The notes below the pieces were generated by a model, which was not told the origin of the DNA, did not search any database, and saw only the letters and a list, made by a program, of their open reading frames with translations. From positions 1-48,119 of the forward strand of contig JALDZS010000178.1 in NCBI GenBank assembly GCA_022813965.1: 48,119 nucleotides of DNA. The letters are read 5' to 3'. Shown here piece by piece: positions 24,984 to 37,343 of this stretch. This stretch comes from Toensbergia leucococca. Its lineage: Eukaryota. Both the position numbers and the translations under genes were made by a program. Within the stretch, counting starts at the first letter, position 1. Each line of letters starts with the position of its first letter.

Positions 24984-27900
24984 TCAAATACCCCTAAGCC
25001 ATCCCCGCATCAAACACTCACTAACAGCCTCCAAGCCCGCCATACCGTGACTCGCCCTCTCAGCAGCCTCGGTCTCATACCTAGCAACTGGCCCCCTAGC
25101 CGCCATCGCCGCGAAGAAGCCCAATATCTTGAGGGCAGGCTTAGCTTCCACTTCAGCCGCGTCGCTTGCATCTAGCGTTTGCAACTCCCTCACCCAATCC
25201 TGCAAAGGCACTGTTTTGGAACGAGGGCCGCAATGTGCAGTCATGGGGCCAAGGAGTGAGGTCCAAGGTACCGGGTGCGGATTCACGAGGTTGTAGTATC
25301 TGGGACTGTTGGCACGGTCGGGAAGGTCATGGAAGGCGAGTTCGAGGATGATGGGCGAGAGTTTATTGACAGGGATCCAGTCAACAGGTGGTAAGTCCTC
25401 GGGAATCATGCCGAGGGCTTTCGAAGTTTTGAACAGAGAGGGGACGAGTTCTTGAGTAGGCCAGGGGGCATCAGTTGACAGGGTTGAGCCGCCGATTTGA
25501 CCGACGCGGAGGATGGTGATGGGAATTTTAGATTGCGTGGATGCTATGTTCAGAATGCGTTCGGCGATGAGCTTCGATTCGCCGTAGCCGAGGTCGAGAG
25601 CGGCATTTAGATTTTTGACAGGTGCTTCAGGAATAAAAGAGTTATTGTCGGTATGGGTAGAGCCCCAGGGGCCGACCGAGCTGATCGAGGAGACAAAGGC
25701 GAGGCGAGGGCGGCGAGGGCTAGAAGCGCTCCAGGCGAGAAGCGGAGGAAGAGTTTTGAGGTTTTCGGTAAAGGAAGATAGGGGAGCATTGAAGTCTACT
25801 TTCCAGGCCGTATGCAGGATGAGGTCGCAGTCATTGGTCAGGTCGGCGAATTTGCCATCTCCAAGCCCTAATTGCGGACGATCGAAATCTGTAGTGAGGA
25901 AAGTGACTTTTGTTTCGTAAGAAACGTTTTCGATGCCTTGGGTTTTGTTTGTGTCTGTCCATTGCTGTTGGGCAGTTGCAGATCGGTCCAAGCAGTAAAT
26001 TCGCGATACAGCCTGATCATTGAGGAGACTTTCGAGGAGACGATTACCGAGTGATCCCGTCGAACCTGTGAGTGCGACAACTACACCGTTAATTCGAGGA
26101 GGCCCTGTCGTGGCCGGTTCTCCAGCTTGAGGCAACAACTTTGTAAAACTCTCAAGAAGCGCAGACATCTCTGCCACACGTTCTTTCTCGCCAGGAATCA
26201 CTCCATCGTTGAGAAAAGCCAGGACGACTCCTGACAATTTCTCGATTGATGGGTTCTTGTAAAAAGTATTGGCCGACAACCAGGAAAGCTCAGATGCTTG
26301 TCTTTGATTAAGAAGACCAGCCTTTAGACGCTTAGCAGCCTCTGTAGTCTTCAAAGAGTCCATGCCAAAGCTATAAAAATTATCCTCATTCCCAAGTTCA
26401 ACTCCTGGCATACTCTGAGCTAATGCGGACCGAATGAAATCGGTCACTATTTCTGGGCGGAATGCCGATGGTTTCAACAACATGGGCACTGTAGAAAGCG
26501 TCTCTGAGCCGCGTGTATACACCGCCTCGATCTCATCTGCGTATAGTACTTCCGTCAGCTTTCGTACAACGGTCCCCTTTCCTGCACGAGCAAAAGGCTT
26601 ATCCGCCTTCGCTATCAAAATCATTGATCGAACGATACGGCCAAATCCAGGTGCTTCAAGATTCGCACTTTCGACAGAGGGCCAGATTTCTTCTGCCAAC
26701 GAGTTCCTGTCTTCGCACTCTGGCTTGGGCTCAATCAGAAGAGCAGGCTGGAAATGGCCTTGACCCGTGATAACAGCTCCTGCAACAGATGAATTTCCCT
26801 GCAGCGTAAGCTCCATAGGCACTGGATTGAACTTTTCGCCATTAGACAAAACGATAATATCATCTCTACGTCCATGAAATCGCCATAGACCTTTTTTCGT
26901 AGGATGAGGCCTGAACAAATCCTTTGTCCGCCATTTTTTCAAACCTGGGTAGTTGTGATTCAAGGCGGCGGTCCCTTCTGTGCTCGCATCTGCAAAAACG
27001 ACAAGCTCAAAGGCGTCGTCCTCCGCAGGCTCGAGTTGCAGTTTCGTTTCTGGATGAAACTCCATGTATGACCAATCCTCACCTTGTGGTACAAGCTGCT
27101 TGATTTGGCCGACTTCTGTAGAGCCATAAAATTGACACAATATGGTAACTTTGCTAATCTGATCCCCAACAGCTTGAGATAACGGGCCTCCAGCGAAGCA
27201 AAGTACCTCGAGCTTTTTGAAATATTCGAGACCATTCGGTTCATCGAGTAGTTGTTCTACTACCGCTGGTGGTAAGATAGACCCACGAAGTTCTTGTTGT
27301 TGCATGATCTCCGCAACCAGTGCTCCGCTGGGAGGCATTAAAGGTGGCCCAAATACAGGTATAGTATGTGTGTACAAGGGCACCATAATCTTATTCATGA
27401 ATCCTGCAAGATGGAAAGGCGGAAAGGGCTCGTAGATTCTGCCTATCGTGCCTTGAAAATCCCATATGGTCAAGTCGTGATTTTTACGCCCTGGCACAGT
27501 AGGAAAATTACGGTCGTTATCCACAGTTGCAAATGATCCATGTGTCATTACCACAGGCTTGGGCATTCCTGTCGAGCCTGAGGAGTGAAGAACAACAATA
27601 GGATGCCGCACAGCTTCCTCAAAGGTGAGATTGTAAGGAAACGGTCTTGCTGTAGCTTCAAGCAACTCATCGAGGGACGCAATGGCTAAGAATTGATAGC
27701 TTGGCTGTGCAGTACGTATCCCATCAACTAGTGGTGTCATTTCCTTGGAATAGATCATTTTCGTGGATTTGGTCTGCTCCATCAAAGACAAGTTTGTTGC
27801 TACTGGATTTCGTGGGGATGGTAGAAGAACCTACATTTTCCAATTGATCAGCTTGGAAGGCTTCGATTGAAACAAAGAGTTGGGCTCACCTTATAGCCAC

Positions 27901-28201
27901 ATTTTATAGCAGCATAGAATATGATATTGTAACGAAGGTCTGGAACTCCGATAAATGTCAGGGTTTCAAAGTCATACTCAGGCTCAGACCCAAACTCTGC
28001 TCGTAGGCGATGGGCCATGAAGTTCACGGCACTGGCCACCTCAGCAAATGAGATGTCCTTGAAGCCTTGGGTGATGTCTGTGGTTTTTGGCACTGCAGCA
28101 AAAACCCTCTGTGGGTTTGCTTGGGCCTCATCATCGAGGATTCGAGGGAGCAGTCTCCGTCCATAATCTGGAAGATGCTTAGTACCGTTCGTCAAGACCA
28201 T
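24984..28201 (-). CDS. NRPS-like adenylate-forming reductase (A-T-R, carboxylic acid reductase type), 2 exons, about 1052 aa
   Basis: Exons 28201-27890 and 27830-24984 (GTGAGC..TAG). A domain: LLPSPRN, HSSGSTGMPKP, PPFHLAG, YGSTE, TKDLF, GRRDDIIVLSNGEK. T domain: FGMDSL. R domain: TGSTGSLG, HTAWKVDF, GYGESK. No C domain. Confidence 0.95.
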
Positions 28202-29468
28202 AGCTACTCTGTGGAATATGACAATGATGTAGATTGATTTATTTCTTGAAAGAAGATGAAGGTCAATTACAACAGTGAAGTACGAATAGCTATTGACGAA
28301 TGATCTGAGAGTAGTCTAGATTAATACAGCATACGTACTGGTCTTTTTTAGTCGGGCTTTTCCACAGCGCTAGATATAACTTGATGAGACTGTAAGTGAG
28401 CAGGTCTCACATACCTAGCCACTCACAGTCTCGCAGAAGTTACTGCCATAGCTGTAAGTCTTTTCAATACTGCTGTACTAAGTTTGACAGTAATGTAATG
28501 TGCACGGCATGGCGTGCATAAATAAGATGCCGGAGCTAGTGATTTAGTACCGACTACGTAATCGCCTCCGAACTTGAAACGAATGATAAACGCCGGTTAG
28601 CTCGTGAGTCCTACGTCAATTCACCACCTGAATTCTCTTCTCTCCTCGTACATTGCCGAAGCCGTACCCACGATCAATGACCAAATGCCCGAGACGTGCC
28701 AGCAAAAGACATTCCATCATGTCAATCTCCGGAATCCTCAGGTAGTGCCGGAAGATCCGCAGAATCAGGGTGTATGATCGAAAGATCGAGGCAAAGTGGT
28801 AAGATCTACAATCCAGCCAATGCAACGTCCGAGGTCGAATCCCGCGGGTTCGGGTCACTAAGATTACGGGGATAGTCGCGCGATAAATGTCCAGGGATGG
28901 CGGTTATTGCCTCTAGCTCCTGTCCAGGGGTATAAGGCTGATGCACCACCACCAAACCCTAATGGGGCAGTCAAAAAGCACATCTCGTATCAGACGAGGA
29001 TCAGTGGCGTTTTTGTTTGTGATAGTAAAAGAAAAAGGCAATACTTGTATTTGATATCTTTGTTGATAGGTTTCTGATGTTGTGACCTGTTGAGGTCGAC
29101 CCATCTGCTACTTCTCAAATTCTTCATGCGAGAGCCGGAGCAGATTCATCGTATCGCACTTTTCTATATACACAGGCTAACGTTACGCCAAAGGAGCAGC
29201 ACTATGAATTTCAGGCTTGCAATGTTAATTACCTGCTGCAACCCTCCAGCACGACCTAAATACCTAGCCAAAGTATTCCCAAAACTCAACTCAAAGTGGT
29301 TAACCTCTACATACATGCAGCTACTGGAGCAGGCATCACTGAAAATTGATCATGTATCGAGAGATGTACACGAACATAATGATTTCCGAGGTTATAGAAC
29401 TCCTATCGTAAAAACTAGAGTAAAATCCCACCAACTCCTTTGCGCCTTCGCTGAAATCCTAAAACGCA

Positions 29469-30431
29469 TCATGTTTTCAAAGTAGAAACGCCTTGCAGGA
29501 GATGTACCACATCTGTACCACCAGGAAGCCATCCATCTAAGCCTCCAAGTAACCGCAACGACAGCGGTAGTAGATAGAGTGATATGATCCACAGACTCCA
29601 TAATTTGAACGTCCTTTTGTCGTCGCTCACGCTCCGTTTTGACTCGTCTAGCAATCTTGTTGCCACAATTGCTCCCATTGCCACCGTCGGCATGAATCCG
29701 AGAATGTTTTGCTTCAATACCGCTGGCCCGATGATTGACCACGCCATCACCCCGATCACGATGCTGTGTCGAGCACGCACGTCCCCAAAAACGAGAGGTA
29801 CAGTCTTGCGGTCTCGGAGTCGATCCCCCTCCTGATCATAAAGATCCTGGATATGCATCGTGGTACTGATGACCATTGCGATCAGAGCGAACCATTTCAG
29901 AGCCATGCCGGTATATTCAAGGCTTTGGGAATGCATTGCTACTTGGATCGCACCCGCGATGAAGCTGAGGTAGCCACTGGAATTTAGAAGGTTACGAAGG
30001 AGCCAAGTCTCTCCTCCGCCTAACTCGTTATACCAATACGTCAAAATGTGAAGGGCGAGACATGGATACAGTCCTCCTAGCCATAGGCTTGCGCTGATTG
30101 TTACTGGATAGAGGCATTTGATGAGGACCTGGGCTTGATGTGCCGTGAGTCTTCCAGCAGGTATTGGACGCCAAGGCTTGTTCTCCGCGTCTTCCTCGAT
30201 AGCTCCAGCTTGAGATTGATTTGACACTGTGAAGAGGAGAAGGTTGATCCATATCCAGAATATGACAAGAGGTGTTCTTAGGATGACCTCGACCACGGAG
30301 TCGGGCTGCTGAAAGAGAGTACCCGCAAGAGAAATCAAGATGCCGCAAGTGGTCTTGGGTACGACGATGCTTGTGAAATCATCGGCTGTGAAAAGATATA
30401 TGGTCTGAGAAAAGTAAAGAAGTTGAGACAT
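29469..30431 (-). CDS. UbiA-superfamily membrane enzyme, Fma-TC-like terpene-cyclase clade
   Basis: Intronless 320-aa hydrophobic ORF with TIYLFTADD, SNQSQAGAIEEDAENKPWRPIPAGR, WYNELGG, IQDLYDQEGDRLRDRKTVPL and LYLLP. Confidence 0.88.
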   Translation of the reverse strand: MSQLLYFSQTIYLFTADDFTSIVVPKTTCGILISLAGTLFQQPDSVVEVILRTPLVIFWIWINLLLFTVSNQSQAGAIEEDAENKPWRPIPAGRLTAHQAQVLIKCLYPVTISASLWLGGLYPCLALHILTYWYNELGGGETWLLRNLLNSSGYLSFIAGAIQVAMHSQSLEYTGMALKWFALIAMVISTTMHIQDLYDQEGDRLRDRKTVPLVFGDVRARHSIVIGVMAWSIIGPAVLKQNILGFMPTVAMGAIVATRLLDESKRSVSDDKRTFKLWSLWIISLYLLPLSLRLLGGLDGWLPGGTDVVHLLQGVSTLKT

Positions 30432-31057
30432 AGTAAGCCAAGTCGTTGTTGTAGATACAGCAGCTTTGAAGCCGGAGAGATCATTGTAAAGATATAGATA
30501 ATATTATAATTCATGTCAATAATTGTCCTACGGAGATCATGGCAATTACCATCGTCATGGCCAAGGGGAAGCATACCGAATTTCGGTTTCCATGGAATTC
30601 CGAGCAAAACACTGCAACGCGGTGTAAGACAAATGATAACAATCGTGCAGCAGCCTCTCAGGATGGTGGATTCTACCATGCTAGCTTGACCCTGCATTTT
30701 CGTAGTCTGATATTAATGCTTGTAAAATGGTCAATCAGGATTCAACGGAGATCCTTCCGGTCCTAGCAAGTGTCCATTCCGCTATAAGGGTACTACATCA
30801 GGTCATGGGAGCGAGAAGAAGCTTTTCATACCTGCTAATAGTACCAGGACAGAGTGTTTCCTTACCGCAAGCCCATGAAGTCAACTTCTACATATCAGAC
30901 AACATCGAAATCTCATGTCATTAGCCGCCGAGTACTGTAAAGATTTCAATCCGATACAATTCGGATAAATAAGTAGAAGACCTGTACCAAACCTATTGTA
31001 TCAGGCTCTGAGATTGATCGAACCTTACTCAAGACTTTCTCTTTTCTGTAAAGGCTC

Positions 31058-33043
31058 ATGATTCTTCATCCTCAATTATGGTTTGCTGGCGCAGCTGGCG
31101 TCGTATCCCATCTTTTGATATTCATCCGCGGGGAGTGGCATCTGCAAGCTACGAACTTGCTGAAGCTCTACTCTCTCATGTACCTTCTCATCACCATTTT
31201 TGAAGTAGGATATCTCGAGCTGGCTTGGTTTCAGGCCATCCTGGCAAGTTCGATGTTCTGCGGTGTCTATGCTCTATGTCTCTTCTCGAGTATGGCCGTG
31301 TACCGTACCCTATTTCATAGGCTCCGACGCTTTCCCGGCCCGGTCCTAGCTCGAGTCTCTAAGCTCTGGCATGTTGCTCATTGCCTCGGATCCAAGAATC
31401 ATTTGCTGATGGAGGAATTGCATGAGCAGTATGGAGACTTTGTCCGCACAGGTACGTGGGGATGAGATACGCATTGTCGGCGAAATAGCCTGAGACTGAA
31501 TCACGTAGGACCAAACGAGCTCACGATCTTCGATCCTGACATCCTTCCAATCATTCTCGAAGGCTCGCATAATAACTTTAGCAAACCCGCATGGTATGAC
31601 AATCTGCGGCCTTATACGGGCTTAAACACTCATCGCAGCAAGATTGTGCATGAACACCGACGCCGTATCTGGGATCATGGCTTTACCACCAAAGGTTTGC
31701 AAACAACAGCTTCAAGCGTAACGCATAGCTAACCTCATTCACAGCCTTGCAGTCGTATGAGGTCCAGGTACAGATCTACGCCGATCAGCTCGAGCAGCTT
31801 ATTGCTCAAAGAGCGGGTAGTCCAGTCAACATCAACCAGTACTTTTATTGGTTCAGCTTCGACGTCATGGGCCAGTTCGCCTTCTCCAAGTCATTTGATA
31901 TGCTCAATAGTGAGAAGTGGCACCATGCTGTACGGATGCTTCGTGCCGGACTGATGCTCGTTGGGCCTTTCACGCCGGTGCCGTGGTTGGTTCGTATTGC
32001 TTTTGATACATCCGTACTTCCCGTAGTACGGGACTTCCAGGGCATGGAAGCATGGTGCGCTAGCCGTATGGATGAAAGAATAGAGGTTAGAATTCCTTGT
32101 GCAGCTGGCGGCATGAGTAAGCTGATGAAAGGTGTTGTTACAGCGCAAAGTTGATCAGCCTGATGTAAAATTTGTATCCTCCACTTACACGGCCGTTGCT
32201 GACGCCTGAATAGGTATCACATTACCTGATCGATTGGTCTACAAAACATGACCGTCTTGAAAAAGACAAGAACACTCTATATGGAGATGCGATTGCGATG
32301 ATTATCGCTGGAAGGTATTAGCCCAAGCTCCTGATTTGTGATTTCCTGACTAACAATCGAAGTGACACTGCTGCGCTGACAATGATATATCTATTTTACC
32401 GCCTGGCACAACATCCGGAGCACATGAAGTCGCTGCAGAAGGAGCTGGACTCTATCGACTCAGTGAAAGATCTTCGGGTTCTGCAAGCGTTGCCTCATCT
32501 TAACAGTCTTATCAGTGAAACGCTTCGCCTGCATCCTGCTGTCCCCACTGGTGGTCTTCGGGAAACGCCACCAGAAGGAATTACTATTTCTGGTCGGTTC
32601 GTGCCTGGTAATACGGTCATCTGTGCTCCACGCTACTCATTGGCAAGACGTAAGCAAAATAGAGCAAGACGCTGAACTAGACTCTAATTCTGTTTCTAGT
32701 TGAGTCCTGCTTCGAGCGAGCCTCTGAGTTTATACCCGAACGCTGGGATAGTAAACCGGAGATGATCAAAAACAAAAGCGCATTTGCGCCTTTCGCGCTC
32801 GGTCAGCTTCCACTATCCTAAGAATTCAAGCATGTTGTACTGATGACTTTAGGTCACTATAATTGCATCGGCAAGAACCTAGCCTATTCCGAGTTGAGAT
32901 ACGTAACAGCGTTGCTTGCGTCCAAGTACGATGTCAGGTTTGCCCCGGGAGAGGATGGCACTCGCGTAGTCGGAGATATGGTTGACCAATTTACCGCATC
33001 CCCCGGTCAGCTGGAGCTTGTATTTCAAAAGCGAAAGGAGTAG
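31058..33043 (+). CDS. Cytochrome P450 monooxygenase, 8 exons
   Basis: Exons 31058-31451, 31509-31694, 31745-32085, 32144-32164, 32214-32314, 32363-32649, 32700-32801, 32853-33043. N-terminal TM region, FPGP, AGSDT, ETLR, PERW and heme motif FALGHYNCIG. Confidence 0.95.
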
Positions 33044-33952
33044 ATTAGCAGCGAGTGAGATGGAATCTCGTCGAGGAAAGACGATGCAGGACCACTCGAA
33101 TGCTTTTTGAGCACGAGATTCATAGATGATATTGCTTATACTCGTATTCTGCGGTAATTAGGAGGGTAAAGGTAGTTAGTACTGGCTGTGTCTGGTGGAG
33201 CAGCAGAGGACTCGAGAAGGTAGATTCGGTCACTGCTTCCCTACTACACCGTGTCCTTGGCATTTACGGCGTTGGTACATTGGCGTTTGCGAGACTGTTA
33301 GATCGTGATCGTTCACAAACACAGCTAAGCATGCTCTTTACCATCAAGCAGTCTCAACGAAGTACAAAACTTTCTTCTTTGCTGAGTGCCCGGTTTTCAG
33401 AGTACCAGGTGACTGTTGTCAATGAAATTGTCGCTTGGAAACGGCAGCGTCGAGTGATTCCAGGACCTCAGGGCCTCGCCGCTGTAGACCCATAATTCTG
33501 AGGTACTACCACGGAGTGACGGGCCCTTGTAGCGGTCGTAAGCTGAATTGGACATTTGATTCGTGCACTCAATAGTGACCGCCTCTATTGACCACGAAAT
33601 TGCTCATTGCATTCTGGGAACTTCATGCTGGTGACAAGCTAGGAGGCTAGTCATGTGATTTCTCGTATCTAGATTTCGGGCCACGGGTAAAGTGCTCCGT
33701 AGCCGTGTCTGAATGAAATGACGCAAAGTTTGCCGTATTCTAAGTACGGTGATCTAAGTATGGATCAATCAAGTCTTTGATCCCATTCTCGATTCTCAAA
33801 ACACCACCACCATCATGGGTCTGGAGCTTCAAGACATCAACAACCGCCTTCCTTCGCCCTCACTCCCATATTTTATGTAGCCTTACCGTCGCAGAAGAAC
33901 ACATATCGGCCTCTTACGCTCTTACGCGCCTTTCGCCGCGCATCTCGTCAAA

Positions 33953-35928
33953 ATGGCGTTATCAAAGTCAACAAGAATTATGATCTTACTGGGAATAGAC
34001 TCAGCTTTCTTTCTTTTGGAGCTAATCGTCGGTACGTCTAATATGTTTATTAGCCCTCGCCTTTCGTCCAACATCGCAAAGTAGCTAACTCATAGATACT
34101 TAAGGCTACGCTGTCCATTCCCTGGCCCTTGTTGCCGATTCATTTCACATGGTCCGTGAAGCCCCTCCCATACCTACTCGCAAATCCTCCGAGTTTCTGG
34201 CTAATTGCGATGTGGCAGCTTAATGATGTCCTCTCTCTTTGCGTTGGGTTGTGGGCTGTCAAAGTGGCCAATCAGAAGACGAGTTCTAAGATGTATACAT
34301 ACGGGGTATGGCACAAGATTACCTTTTGTCATAAGATGGAGGCTGAGATTCAATAGTGGCAACGCGCCGAAACTTTAGGCGCACTTGTCAACGGTGTCTT
34401 TCTCGTGGCTCTGTGCCTTTCCATATTTCTCGAAGCTATACAAAGATTCGTCGAGCCACAGACCGTCACAAACCCCAAGCTTGTACTGATCGTCGGTTGT
34501 TTTGGCCTCCTTTCCAATATTCTCGGTCTTCTACTATTTCATGAGCATGGCCACAGTCATGGCGGGGGAGGTCACGGGCATGCTCACGGTGCAGACAGTG
34601 AAGCCGCTATTACAGAAGAAGGTCACAGCCACACGCCCCTAAGCTCAGATCCACGAACAAGCGAAATGGCTGACGAATCGGGTAACGTGGCTGATGTGTT
34701 GCCACAAAATGCAATTGGAGGGTGGCCAAGGTCCATCAGCGCCACTACTCCAACCAAAGTGGGTCACGACAGTCAGCAAAAACCTGACCCTCAAGACTTC
34801 TCAAAAACCGACGAAGATGTCTCCACCGCCAAAGACTCCTTGTCTCCCGTGTCAACCATGAAATCAGCTAACAACTTAAATCCAAGACGTCATCGTCGAC
34901 GTACCAGTGGTTCAAGGTCTAGGCTCGCCTCTGTGGACGACATCCATGTTCATCCTGCTAGCTTTCGGAATGAGATTATTGCAGCGAGCAGGTTGGAGGA
35001 TATCGAGTCGGGTACTGGAACGGAGTCCGAAAACGAAGAAGCTGTCGACGAAGAGGACGAGGAAGCCACAGAAGAATCACATCTTTTGGGTAAGGGCAAC
35101 GGCCTGACCAAGCATAAAAGTGCTGGCAGCCACTCGCATAAGCCTAAGCAGCAGGAACGCCATGATTCATGGCATTTGAGCCATAATCACAATCAACCAA
35201 AGAAGACTAGTGGTGGGCATTCTCACGGTGATCTCAACATGCGAGGGGTTTTCCTACATGTCATGGGCGACGCTCTCGGAAACATTGGTGTCATTGCATC
35301 TGCTCTCATCATCTGGCTCTCGAATTACTCTTGGAGGTTCTACTCGGATCCAGCAATCTCGCTAATCATCACTATTATCATCCTCGGATCGGCTATTCCG
35401 CTTTGCAAAGCCGCTTCACGAATCCTGCTTCAAGCAGTACCAGCAGGCATCAGTATCGATGAGATAAAGGAAGACATCGAAGAGCTACCTGGTATTGTGA
35501 GCTGCCATCATCTACATGTATGGCAACTTAGTGATACCAAGTTGGTGGCCTCACTTCATGTGCAGGTTCAATTCGACTTCAAAGGAGAAGGGTCCGCGCG
35601 GTACATGCAACTTGCCAAGGCTGTCCGTCATTGTCTGCACGAGTACGGCATACATTCTTCGACTATCCAGCCCGAGTTCTGCCTTGACAGTGAACACCGT
35701 CATACTTCTGGCGGCGGATCAGATCAAGAGGGCTCGCAATCAGGAAACAACGTGAATGGAAAACCGGGGGTTAAATCCACAAGTAAGCATGGGAGTAGAG
35801 CGGCGAGTATGCGCAGCGAGCCAGACGCGTGTTTACTCGATTGCGGGGACGAATGCGTGGAGGGGAGTCAATGTTGTACTCCAAGCGCTAATGATGCAGA
35901 TGGGCACGACCAGCATAAAAATACTTAG
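33953..35928 (+). CDS. ZRC1: CDF-family zinc/cobalt transporter (Zrc1/Cot1/ZrcA type), 4 exons
   Basis: MALSKSTRIMILLGIDSAFFLLEL, SLALVADSFHMLND, TYGWQRAETLGALVNGVFL, His-rich loops, LNMRGVFLHVMGDALGN, HHLHVWQL, HSSTIQPEF and a Cys-rich tail. Confidence 0.93.
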
Positions 35929-36974
35929 AGTCATCATCTCTCATTGTATCACATTCATGGCAAAAGAAGAGTAGGTTACTTTTTTACCTTGCAATTGCAT
36001 AGCAAAAGGGAACGAGCACGCATTGGCGGGAGGGAAACGTTTACGATTTGTAATTTTTGTATCCATGAGCCTGAGCTTGGAGAGCTCTCTTCTTCTTCTT
36101 CTTCTGCAATTTTAAATTTTCTGGAGTTCATTAGATGCTTTGTGGGGTAGTTTTTCGATAAAAAAAGAAGAAACCAAAAGCAAGGCCATTTTCGTGGCAA
36201 ATGGCTGGAGTGAGAAAATGTGAGGAACGTTCTGTTTTTTTTTCCCTTGACTTTGGCTTAGTAGGTGAAGAGAATGAATATGCAGCGATTTTTGGGGGAC
36301 GGAGGTGCCAGGTAAGGTTTTGTGGAGAGGTGGGAGAAGTGTTGATGTTCCGTGTGAGGGAATCATGGTGTTTCTGTTTCTTTTCATATTTTTTTCTACC
36401 TGCTTGGAATTGTCTTGCTCGCAGTCATAAAAATGGCGTGCAAGGATGTTCTTGTTCAAATTTGAGGTATTACTTTTCGCACCTGTGCACAAGTCGCTCG
36501 TGAGGACTTGGATGAGGTAATGGTTCCTACCTTACTCTTGATAAATTTGTTACGCACTACAGATTTCTTTGGAAGCTCTTTCACCTTTGCTGATGTGAAG
36601 AGGTTTTACGGGAGTTTGCTCTATGTTACCAGTGTCTTCTTTGTATAGATGTGGTTGGGTAATGTCATGTGATTGAGTTTGCGTACAGGCTTGTTTGTAC
36701 TCAAGGAAAGGGATCAGTCTTCCTTTGGGAAGGAAGTTGTCTGGGATGGGGTCTAAGATAACAAGTGATGTCTTTTCGTTTTAGCAATCATCTACTTCGC
36801 TTGACAAGAGCTGAGCCCATCTTTGATTGGTGCTGATAGTAAGGCTAAAAGAACAGTGAATCTCGACACAAGGCTGAAGAACCAGCATTGCTTATCACCA
36901 CCCAGCCGAGTCTCGAAAATCCTTGCCCAAACCTAAGGTTGATCTTCCTTCACGGAAGCATCCGAGATGACACC

Positions 36975-37343
36975 TTACTCATGTCGACGACCCTCACCCA
37001 GGCCACTCGGTGTATATCCTGCCGGTCGGAAATTGTCTTTTTCGGCCAAGAATCGTGCCATGGGCGGCATGTCGTGGAGGGTGTGCATCGTCTTCTTGAA
37101 GATTGGTTGAGAGAGGTCGATACCAAAGCTCCGACCGGCTTCCACGACTGCAGCAGACTCTGCCTGGTGTATCTGTGCTCGAGTGGTAGAGACAGCAATG
37201 CGACGAGCTTTTTGCTGGTCGTGCTCGACAAGTCTCTGAGGTGTCAAGGCATGATCCGGGGCAACGTTACGGTTGGTCTGCCCCAAAGAAGACGCACTGC
37301 TGCTAGCAATATGTGGATGGGTCTGGTAGCGGGTCGGCTCCAT
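36975..37343 (-). CDS. Small hypothetical protein
   Basis: ATG-initiated part of ORF 36975-37451 (MEPTRYQTHPH...), with a TATAAA on the minus strand near 37545-37550. No recognisable domain. Confidence 0.35.
   Translation of the reverse strand: MEPTRYQTHPHIASSSASSLGQTNRNVAPDHALTPQRLVEHDQQKARRIAVSTTRAQIHQAESAAVVEAGRSFGIDLSQPIFKKTMHTLHDMPPMARFLAEKDNFRPAGYTPSGLGEGRRHE

Noticed and set aside
33953..35928. Zinc transporter as cluster member or exporter
   Set aside because: A conserved housekeeping Zrc1-type CDF metal transporter; more plausibly the right boundary of the cluster.
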